This document shows, one piece after another, positions 55,873-64,000 of a stretch of 64,000 bases of DNA. Position numbers and translations under genes: made by a program. Numbering within the stretch: position 1 is the first letter of the stretch; every line of letters starts with the position of its first letter. Below the pieces are notes generated by a model, which searched no databases, was not told the DNA's origin, and saw nothing but the letters and a program-made list of their open reading frames with translations. This DNA is from a virus. The stretch lies in the IMG/VR virus record IMGVR_UViG_3300044609_000595, positions 1 through 64,000 of that record; one strand, written 5' to 3'.

Positions 55873-56586
55873 ATGGCATTACCTAAGCTTGGTGTACCTA
55901 CATTTGAATTAGAATTACCCTCAACTAAAAAAGTTATTAAGTATAGACCTTTCATTGTTAAGGAAGAAAAGGTTTTATTGATTGCACTAGAATCGGAAGA
56001 CGAAGATCAAATTTTTGCAGCGGTAAAAGATTTGATTAAAAATTGTGTGATTAGTAGAATCAAAGTAGATGATCTTCCTGCATTTGATTTGGAATATATT
56101 TTCTTGAGAATTCGTGCAGCAGCAGTAGGCGAAATTATTGATATGAATGTGACATGCACAGATGACAATGCCACTAGAGTTCAAACTCAAATTAATATTA
56201 ATGATGTAGAAGTATACTTCCCAGAAGGTCATACCAATAAGGTCATGCTTACTGACAACTTGGGTATTGTTATGAAGTATCCTGGTATGCAACGTTTTAT
56301 TGAAGCAGAATTTTTAGAAAAAGATATCAAGACAGAAGAAGTATTTAATTTCATTGCTGATTCTATTGAACAAATTTTTGATGCTGAAGAAGTTTATGAT
56401 TCTTCTACCACATCCAAGAAAGAATTTCGAGAGTTTGTTGAAGGGTTAACAACAAAACAGTTTGAAGAAATTCAAAAATTTTATGAGACTATGCCCAAAC
56501 TTCAACATAAATTTAAAGTAGTTAATCCAAATACTGGTGTCGAATCTGAGTACACTATTGAGGGTCTACAGAATTTTTTCGCATAG
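55873..56586 (+). CDS. gp26: Baseplate hub assembly protein
   Basis: MALPKL, YRPFIVKEEK, FDLEYIFL and terminal EGLQNFF. Confidence 0.9.
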   Translation: MALPKLGVPTFELELPSTKKVIKYRPFIVKEEKVLLIALESEDEDQIFAAVKDLIKNCVISRIKVDDLPAFDLEYIFLRIRAAAVGEIIDMNVTCTDDNATRVQTQININDVEVYFPEGHTNKVMLTDNLGIVMKYPGMQRFIEAEFLEKDIKTEEVFNFIADSIEQIFDAEEVYDSSTTSKKEFREFVEGLTTKQFEEIQKFYETMPKLQHKFKVVNPNTGVESEYTIEGLQNFFA

Positions 56587-56603
56587 CACTCTTCCAAAAT
56601 AGT

Positions 56604-56765
56604 ATGGAAGGGTACTATAAAACAAATTTTGCTTTGATGCAGTATCATAAATACTCTTTGACTGAGATTGAAAATTTGATGCCGTGGGAAAGAGAAGTAT
56701 ATACTTCTTTATTGATGCAGTATATTCAGGAAGAAAAAGCAAAACAAGAAGCAGCTAATCGATGA
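56604..56765 (+). CDS. gp51: Baseplate hub assembly catalyst-like small protein
   Basis: Manual translation YYKTNFALMQYHKYSLTEIENLMPWEREVY. Confidence 0.85.
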   Translation: MEGYYKTNFALMQYHKYSLTEIENLMPWEREVYTSLLMQYIQEEKAKQEAANR

Positions 56766-59700
56766 TACCCGAAAAGGCGATAAAACCAATAAGAAAAAAC
56801 GGCAGAGATAATACAGAAATTGCTGTTGGAACTCTTATTGCTTATAGAGTTTTTCCACACACACAAGAAGGTATTCAAAAAGCAAAGGATACTATTGCTG
56901 CCAATGATAATTGGCTAGTTCCTTCATTGCTACCAGAATATTATGATGGTATTGATAGTGACTTGATGGTTGGCAAAGAGAATGATGCTATACGAGCGAT
57001 CACTAGACAGTTAAAAGAATTTTATGGTATATCTTCTGCTGGAACTGAAACTGCTGAAGATACTAAAACTCCAATAGAACCAGAACCAGTTGAGGAAATT
57101 AAAAAACCGCAGCAACGAAATGTAAATCATCCTAAATTATATCCAGAACTACAAAAGTTTATTAAACCTCGCTATATGTGGGGTCAGAGAGGATTATATG
57201 ATTTAAATTTTAAATCTGATATTGATAAAGCAATTTATTATGCTGGGGCATCAAGTAAAAATAAACAGGGGGATATGATTTCCCCAAATGAAAAAAAATT
57301 AGCTATTAGAGAATGGATATTTGCCGTTACTGGTTTAAATTATCGTGATGATTATGATGAATTAAAAGAATACAGAAAGAGAATTCTTGAGTATATTGTT
57401 ACTGGTCTAAGAACAGATACAATAGAAGATGATGGTGGGGAATTGATTATTCCACCAATCTATGATGGTCCATTTGATGAACCAAATCAAGAAGAAGACT
57501 ATGATGAAGAGGAAGAAGATGAAGAAGAACCAGAAGGTTTAGATGATCTACTTGATTTTGTTAAAGTAGAAGAAGAGCTACCTGAAGAAAAAGAAGTAGC
57601 AGAAAATATTGAAGAACAAATTGTTGATGCTATAGAAGCGGATGATGATGAAGAAGGTGATATAGGATCGGAAGATGACATCCCAGATGAACTATTGCAG
57701 GATGAATTAGATCCAGAATTTGTAGAGCAACTTGTTGTTACGGTAAACAAAAGAAAAAATAAACCAAGAAAACCAAGAACAGGAAGTTATGTAACTAACA
57801 CTAAAATTTTTAAATTTTTAACCACAAATCTTTATAAAATTCAAGGTCAACTTGATAGTATTGATAAGTCATTACAGGAGCAAACACAATTAGTTCAAGC
57901 TAATTTACAAGTTACTTCTGGAATATATGAAAATTTAGATATACAAAATGAAATCATTGGTCAGAAACTAGATGCTATACTACAAGTTTTTAACAAGCAA
58001 ACTGAAATATCTAAACAATTTGCGGAGGATGAAGAGCGTCGATTAGCAGAACAAAGATTAGAAAATCAAGTTGATATTGCTGGAACAGAAACACCAGCAG
58101 ATCTCAGAGGAAAGGGAGCAACTGGTAAAAAAAGACAGTCGAAAATTTCACAATACTATAGAAGAAAATTACTTAGACAAGCATATAGAAAATTACCAAA
58201 AAAACTTAGATCATTAAGAACTGAAACAAGAAGACTACAAAAAATTCCTGGTAAAATTTCTGCAGGAATTAAATCTTCTGCTGCCAATAGAATTACTCGT
58301 ATACTCCCTAAAAAAGTATCAAACTTTACTAATAATTTGAGAGCATCTAGAGCAGCAGCTCAGGGGATGGGTGGTGTGTCGAAGTTAAAAGGTGTTGGTA
58401 GAAACATTCCTGGAATAAGACAAGCACTTTCTGCGTTAGAATATTCTGAAAGGAAATCGGCTGGACAATCTGAGGTTCAGGCAATTGCAGGAGTGGGTGG
58501 ATCACTCGCTGGGGCAGCCGCAGGAGCCGCTCTAGGCACGATGTTATTCCCTGGGGTGGGGACGGTAGCTGGTCTGTTGATCGGGGCTGCATTCAGCGCC
58601 GCAGGCAGTATGGCGGGGTCTAAAATTGCAGACATATCAACTGGAGCAGATAAAATAAATGGGGAGCATGAAGTTGGCGGACTAACCAAACCAGGAACAG
58701 CTATACTTCATGGCACAGAAGCAATCGTGGATCAAAATATTGCTAATATGCAACCAGTAGATCCAGTTGGTGGAACTATTCTTGCTGCAACAACTCAATA
58801 CATTAATAAACTTGGACCAATTGGTGCTCCTATTGCTCCTATGTTTGAGCAAGTAGCTGCTCCATTAGCAAAAGTATATGATGTACCAAGTACTTTGGTG
58901 CAAGCTAATGTGGGTGGTTCTTTACCATCACTTCAGTCTACTATAAAAAAAGTTAGAGATAAAAAAAAGAAAACTCCCGAAGAAAAGTTGGGAGCAATCG
59001 AAAAAGATCTTTTAGAAACTAAAGATCCAGAGTCTTTTGCTGATAAACTTTTGAAGATGCTTGATCCAGAAGGAAAGTTCCAACAATTACTTAAAAATAT
59101 AAATGCTACTACCACACCAACAATAGATGGCGATTCTCTTATGGCTGAAGGTGGTTACGCAGTGGAAGCATCCGATGTAGGAGATAAATTTGGTGACAGA
59201 GGAGGAAAACATAGAGGTATTGATATTGCAAGCAGTAGATTTACAATGGGTACACCTATCTCAATTATCAAACCAGGAACTGTAGTTGATGTTGGGAGAC
59301 TTTCACAAGGATCTGGTGATCCAGGTGGATGGGGAAATTTTGTAGTTGTTAAACATGATGATGGATTATATTCTTTGTATGGTCACTTAAGTGAAATTAA
59401 TGCCGCAAAAGGACAAAGATTGGAACCATCATCTGCTGGAGTCTTTCCAGTAATTGGTAAAATAGGAAGCACTGGAAGATCTACTGGAGCACATTTGCAT
59501 TTGGAAGTTGGTACAGGATGGTCTGGAGGAGTTTTAACTGGGCATATGAATCCTTTACCTATTGTTAATCAATTATTACGTGGTGGAGGAAATGTTAAAA
59601 AAATTGATAGACCAACGGGAACTCCAGTAAAAGTAGAAGGTCTTGGTCAACAAGGAATTATGGGAAATAAAAATCTTGGACAGGTTTCTGGTGTTGGTAA

Positions 59701-60472
59701 TAAAGGATATTTGATTGTCCCTGGACATGGAGCAGGTGGTGGTGCTCCAGAAGAAAAACGTTTAGTGCAAATGTTAGCACAAAATGCGTACACAAATTTA
59801 AAAGCAAAGCATCCAAATGCAAATATTCAATATGTAAATCCAGATACTATGTTTGGTGATGATGATGCTGGCTGGAACAAGCAAAAAGAATGGTATAAAC
59901 AAAAAGAAAAAGAAGGTTGGGAAATTTTAGAAGTGCATATGGATGCTTCAATGGAATCCAAACAAGGTAAAGGAAGAGGTGTAATTACTTCTAAAGCAGA
60001 ATTAAACCCAGTTGAAAAATATTTTGGTGAAAATTATGGAGCATTTGATAGAGGATTTAGAGATCTTGCTCTTCCTAATAGAGGAGGAAGTATTTTTGAA
60101 TTGGGTAATATGTCTCCTGAATTACAACAATTAGTTAAATCTGGGAAAGTATCTAAAGAACAATTGAATGCTTTAACTGCGCCATTTGAAAGTTCTATTG
60201 CTGCTGGATTAAACTTACAACAATCAATAGCTCCACCAACTCAAAGGCAGCCAGCTCAATCTAAGTATTACTTGAGACAAGGTGCAGATAAAAAAACAGA
60301 TACTCAAATTATTATGATACCCGCTAGTAGTAATGCAGGCAAGGCACTTGAAAAGAATGCAACTACAGAAGGTGTTAGGTTTAGTTATAATAAAAATTAT
60401 AATACGTTCGACACTTCGGAAATACCTTCTTCCACAAGGGCACTTGTGCTGCGTCGTTTAGGTCTTAACTAA
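56762..60472 (+). CDS. Large tail/baseplate-hub protein with M23 peptidase and Amidase_3-like domains
   Basis: HRGID...YGHL...HLH (M23); IVPGHG...E...EVHMD...FELG (amidase-like); Gly/Ala-rich TM-like segment. Confidence 0.75.
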   Translation: MIPEKAIKPIRKNGRDNTEIAVGTLIAYRVFPHTQEGIQKAKDTIAANDNWLVPSLLPEYYDGIDSDLMVGKENDAIRAITRQLKEFYGISSAGTETAEDTKTPIEPEPVEEIKKPQQRNVNHPKLYPELQKFIKPRYMWGQRGLYDLNFKSDIDKAIYYAGASSKNKQGDMISPNEKKLAIREWIFAVTGLNYRDDYDELKEYRKRILEYIVTGLRTDTIEDDGGELIIPPIYDGPFDEPNQEEDYDEEEEDEEEPEGLDDLLDFVKVEEELPEEKEVAENIEEQIVDAIEADDDEEGDIGSEDDIPDELLQDELDPEFVEQLVVTVNKRKNKPRKPRTGSYVTNTKIFKFLTTNLYKIQGQLDSIDKSLQEQTQLVQANLQVTSGIYENLDIQNEIIGQKLDAILQVFNKQTEISKQFAEDEERRLAEQRLENQVDIAGTETPADLRGKGATGKKRQSKISQYYRRKLLRQAYRKLPKKLRSLRTETRRLQKIPGKISAGIKSSAANRITRILPKKVSNFTNNLRASRAAAQGMGGVSKLKGVGRNIPGIRQALSALEYSERKSAGQSEVQAIAGVGGSLAGAAAGAALGTMLFPGVGTVAGLLIGAAFSAAGSMAGSKIADISTGADKINGEHEVGGLTKPGTAILHGTEAIVDQNIANMQPVDPVGGTILAATTQYINKLGPIGAPIAPMFEQVAAPLAKVYDVPSTLVQANVGGSLPSLQSTIKKVRDKKKKTPEEKLGAIEKDLLETKDPESFADKLLKMLDPEGKFQQLLKNINATTTPTIDGDSLMAEGGYAVEASDVGDKFGDRGGKHRGIDIASSRFTMGTPISIIKPGTVVDVGRLSQGSGDPGGWGNFVVVKHDDGLYSLYGHLSEINAAKGQRLEPSSAGVFPVIGKIGSTGRSTGAHLHLEVGTGWSGGVLTGHMNPLPIVNQLLRGGGNVKKIDRPTGTPVKVEGLGQQGIMGNKNLGQVSGVGNKGYLIVPGHGAGGGAPEEKRLVQMLAQNAYTNLKAKHPNANIQYVNPDTMFGDDDAGWNKQKEWYKQKEKEGWEILEVHMDASMESKQGKGRGVITSKAELNPVEKYFGENYGAFDRGFRDLALPNRGGSIFELGNMSPELQQLVKSGKVSKEQLNALTAPFESSIAAGLNLQQSIAPPTQRQPAQSKYYLRQGADKKTDTQIIMIPASSNAGKALEKNATTEGVRFSYNKNYNTFDTSEIPSSTRALVLRRLGLN

Positions 60473-60496
60473 ATATCAACATAGGAAAGTAATCTA

Positions 60497-63076
60497 ATGG
60501 CAGCAGGAACAGAAACAGCTATAGATACTAGGCAATATAATGGAACCAATTATGTTGGTAACATTGTAGAGAAAATTTTATTAGCTAGACAGTTAGCTAA
60601 AAACGAAAGACAATTTGCTGCTAAACAAGCAGAGCAAGCGGGCACATCATTAGAAGAAGCTGGTATTAAAAGGGGGCACTTTTTCAGAAGAGCTTTAGCA
60701 GGACAATTTGGTGGTAATTATATTGATAAGAAGAAAGAACAACTTAAAAATGTAAATAAAAAATATAAAATAGCAAAACGTATAGGTAAAAATCCAAGAT
60801 CAACTTTAAAATTTATTAAACCTTTACTAGGAAGGAAGGTATCGTCAGCTCAAACAAAAATGTTTAGAGCAAAATTTGATTATGGTTATCAGGATAATAT
60901 TAATAGACCTACACCCCAGAGTCCAATCGTTGGATCTAGAGTAAAGAAGATACAAAAAGCGACTGGTGGCAGAAGTAAAAGAGTTAGTAAAGAAGAGATA
61001 CTATCTACTCTAACTGATATTGTAGATTCTCTAAACAAGACAGCAGAATCTATTGGGAAAACTACAGCGGGAATTTCTGCTGGAATTGTTAGTGCTGCTA
61101 AAGCGCAAGTAGAATTAGTAGAACAATTAAAATTAAGAAATACAACGTTAGAAGATAAGCTTGATCAAATTGCTACTGCTATTTCAAATCAAACACAATC
61201 ACAAAAACGTACAGTAGCAAAGATTACTGCTAAAAAACAAGAAGATAAATTAGAAGCAATTAAAGATATTGCTAAGACAGAAGTTCCTGATGACACTCAA
61301 ACGGAGATTAATGAAACAATATTATCTCAATTATCAGAAAATGTTGAGCCAACTACTAATATTATCAATGCTCCAACAATAGAAAGACCTGCTGGTGGGT
61401 ATCCTTCTTTCTCTAGCATAGCAAAGCCAGGAATGGATATACCACAAGCAGAAACTGGTGGTATTATTTCTGGTCCCGACAGTGGCTATCTTGCCAAGCT
61501 TCATGGCAATGAAATGGTAATCCCCCTTGACAATAATTATACACAGGGAGAACCTAGTGCTATGGATGGCAAGGTAAGACCTAAGCCAAAGAAATTACCT
61601 ACTTACGAAAAAGGTACACCGAAGTCTTCTGTTGGAGGACGATTTGGATTTGGTATTACTAATATGACAGGAATTGCTTCTGGTGGAACAACGCAATCAT
61701 CAGCAATGGCACAACCATTAGTAGATGCTATGTCACTACCAATGATGGCTGCTGGCGGTTCTATTTTAGCTGCTGTTTCTAGACTCACTAGTAGCCTAGG
61801 AAGCGAAGGAGAAAATATTGCTCCAGAGATAGAAAAAATATCAAGACCAATAGCAGATGTATTTGGACTGCCTCAATCAATTGTAAACAAAACTAAACCA
61901 AGTGTCACTGGTAAGCCAGGTGAAGGAAAAGATACTGAAGAAGATGGAGAATCTAAAAAAGATTTGCTAGCTAAAATGATGGATGGTTTTGGTTCATTCC
62001 TTAATAAACTTGGCGAAAGTATTAATACCACACCACCTCCACCACCAGGAGGAACAGCACAACCAGCAGATATTACTGGAAATGAAAAAGAATTATTAAA
62101 AAGATTGATGATTGCCGAAGCTGGTGGTGAAGGAATAGAAGGTATGGCTATGGTTGGTCAATCCGTTTTAAATAGAGCTTCTCTTATTCAATCTGGAACT
62201 GTTGGTGCAGGACAATTTAATGCCGCCAGTGGTAGTGTAACTGATGTTATTCAAGGTAAAAATCAGTATCAACCATATGCAGAAGGAAAACTTAATAGAG
62301 CTTTGTCTGCTGAAGAAAATGCTAGAGCAGAAGAAGCTTATAATTTATTGATGAATATGCCAGAATTTAAAAAAAGAATTAAACAGGCATTTAATTTATC
62401 TGACAGACAAGTTCAATTAGGTGCTGCCTCTACTGGATTTAGAAATTATGATGCTGGTGCTGGTACTGATACATCTCAGCAAGTAAATGAATTTAGAGCA
62501 GGAAGACATACATTTAATACTGCAGGAAACGTTGGATTGAGAACAGCATCTTCTGATGTTAAAGTTGCTCAACCAACTACTACTCAACAAACTTCGCCTG
62601 GAACTGCAACACAATTGGGTCAAGCAATCACAAATAATTATGGATTGCAAGTGGGAGAAGAAAGACAATTTACTCACCCACAATATGGCGTAATTAAAGC
62701 ACATAAAACTACAAAAGGTTTTGATTTTTATAGGGGTGCTGAAAAACTTAACATGGCTCCTTCAAAACCACAAGCAAAAAGTATTGTGGAGTATTTTGAA
62801 TCAACCAATGGAGGTAGAGTTACTACTGGAATCGGTCCTCAAGCATCCATTGCTCCTCCACCAGGAGCAAACAAACAAGTGCAAACAGAAGCTATCGCTC
62901 AAGAGATAGATAGTAAAGCAGGTAGTGCAAATTTTGTTGCCATGATGATGCCAGGACAAACACCTAAGATGGCATCAACTTCACTACCTTCAACTGCAGA
63001 ATCTACTGCTGCATCTCCAGGCACTAATCCTATTTTAAATTCTGGTTTATTCAATTCAGATATAATGGCTACCTAA
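60497..63076 (+). CDS. Large tail protein with SleB/Hydrolase_2-like cell-wall hydrolase domain
   Basis: LMIAEAGGEGIEGMAMVGQSVLNR...QYQP. Confidence 0.7.
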   Translation: MAAGTETAIDTRQYNGTNYVGNIVEKILLARQLAKNERQFAAKQAEQAGTSLEEAGIKRGHFFRRALAGQFGGNYIDKKKEQLKNVNKKYKIAKRIGKNPRSTLKFIKPLLGRKVSSAQTKMFRAKFDYGYQDNINRPTPQSPIVGSRVKKIQKATGGRSKRVSKEEILSTLTDIVDSLNKTAESIGKTTAGISAGIVSAAKAQVELVEQLKLRNTTLEDKLDQIATAISNQTQSQKRTVAKITAKKQEDKLEAIKDIAKTEVPDDTQTEINETILSQLSENVEPTTNIINAPTIERPAGGYPSFSSIAKPGMDIPQAETGGIISGPDSGYLAKLHGNEMVIPLDNNYTQGEPSAMDGKVRPKPKKLPTYEKGTPKSSVGGRFGFGITNMTGIASGGTTQSSAMAQPLVDAMSLPMMAAGGSILAAVSRLTSSLGSEGENIAPEIEKISRPIADVFGLPQSIVNKTKPSVTGKPGEGKDTEEDGESKKDLLAKMMDGFGSFLNKLGESINTTPPPPPGGTAQPADITGNEKELLKRLMIAEAGGEGIEGMAMVGQSVLNRASLIQSGTVGAGQFNAASGSVTDVIQGKNQYQPYAEGKLNRALSAEENARAEEAYNLLMNMPEFKKRIKQAFNLSDRQVQLGAASTGFRNYDAGAGTDTSQQVNEFRAGRHTFNTAGNVGLRTASSDVKVAQPTTTQQTSPGTATQLGQAITNNYGLQVGEERQFTHPQYGVIKAHKTTKGFDFYRGAEKLNMAPSKPQAKSIVEYFESTNGGRVTTGIGPQASIAPPPGANKQVQTEAIAQEIDSKAGSANFVAMMMPGQTPKMASTSLPSTAESTAASPGTNPILNSGLFNSDIMAT

Positions 63077-63077
63077 T

Positions 63078-64000
63078 ATGTCAGAAAAAACACCATACGC
63101 TTCTAGTTTTATATTAAAAAAAGCAAATATAACTGATGTAAAAGGATCTAAAACAGTTGATATCACTGATTTAGTTGTCAGATTTGATTACTTCGAAAAT
63201 ATTTCACTGCCTACTGTGTCCGCTAAGCTAACTTTGGTTGATGCTGGAGCAAACTTGATTGCAAATTTACCTATACAAGGATTTGAAAAGGTAGATCTTG
63301 TCATCGAAGCATCAGATGAGCAGACATATCAATATAAAATGAGAGTATATAAAATTGGAAGTAGATTTACTGGCGATAGATTTCAAACTTATTCGCTAGG
63401 TTTGATTTCTGAAGAAGCATTATTGAATGAAGGTGTTCGTGTAGCAAAAACATTAAAAGGAAAGCCAGATAAAATTGTATCAGATTTACTTAAGCAGTAT
63501 TTAAAAACCAATAAAGATGTCATAGTTGATCCATCTGTCTATAATATTATCTTTAACCCAGGAAAAAAATCTCCATTTAGTATTATTGATAGCATCAAAT
63601 TAAAATCTGTACCTCGTGGAGGAAATGTAGAACCAAAAACTAATAAAAATAAATCTAAATTTAATACAGGTGGCAATAAAACAGATGTAACTTCTTCTGT
63701 TCCACCAATATCAAATTCAGATTACACGAAAACAAAAGGCACTAGTGGCTATATGTTTTTCGAAAATCGTAGAGGATTTATTTTTAAATCAATTGATACA
63801 TTATGTTCCGCAGACAAATACAATGGATCCCCTGCAGTAGCTACGTACATACAGGAAAATAATGACATTGGTGGTCCACCAAATAGAAAAATTATTGACA
63901 TTGATTTTGTTGAAGAAATTGACATTATGACAAAGTTAAGAATGGGAGCATTCTCATCGTTAATTTGTTTTTATAATTACAGCACAGGAAGATACGAAGA
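63078..64000 (+). CDS. Baseplate hub / tail protein (gp27-like), 3' truncated
   Basis: Open frame to the window end (FDYFENI...LPIQGFE...GYMFFENRRGFIFKSID); synteny. Confidence 0.65.
   Translation, partial: MSEKTPYASSFILKKANITDVKGSKTVDITDLVVRFDYFENISLPTVSAKLTLVDAGANLIANLPIQGFEKVDLVIEASDEQTYQYKMRVYKIGSRFTGDRFQTYSLGLISEEALLNEGVRVAKTLKGKPDKIVSDLLKQYLKTNKDVIVDPSVYNIIFNPGKKSPFSIIDSIKLKSVPRGGNVEPKTNKNKSKFNTGGNKTDVTSSVPPISNSDYTKTKGTSGYMFFENRRGFIFKSIDTLCSADKYNGSPAVATYIQENNDIGGPPNRKIIDIDFVEEIDIMTKLRMGAFSSLICFYNYSTGRYE

Overview
A 64 kb segment of a T4-like cyanomyophage (Kyanoviridae-type; the gene set suggests a freshwater Synechococcus/Cyanobium host, which is an inference). In order it carries: a cobT-like vWA gene and cobS; the T4 replication core (gp45, gp44, gp62, regA, hsp20, gp43, uvsX, gp41, mazG, gp61, nrdA, nrdB); a lysis region; five tRNAs and a manA-like ncRNA; an SLH-porin plus inner-membrane transporter pair; auxiliary metabolic genes (two hli, petF, psbA, talC, gnd, speD, phoH); a minus-strand tail-fibre island; rnh, thyX, gp33, gp32; and the baseplate/tail module. 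Two things stand out. (1) A minus-strand, late-promoter cassette at 40.5-44.4 kb with a long structured leader. It encodes a coiled-coil protein, a Cys-flanked collagen protein, a paralogous beta-domain protein, a papain-family protease, an unannotated 44-aa peptide that is 50% tyrosine, a second Tyr-rich protein and a membrane-anchored coiled coil. It looks like a self-assembling coat or matrix system. (2) Three candidate programmed -1 frameshifts. One fuses a C39 peptidase to a lysozyme that has no start codon of its own, one fuses gp26 to gp51 in a lambda G/GT-like way, and one extends a head-associated protein. All annotations come from motif recognition by eye; no searches were run.
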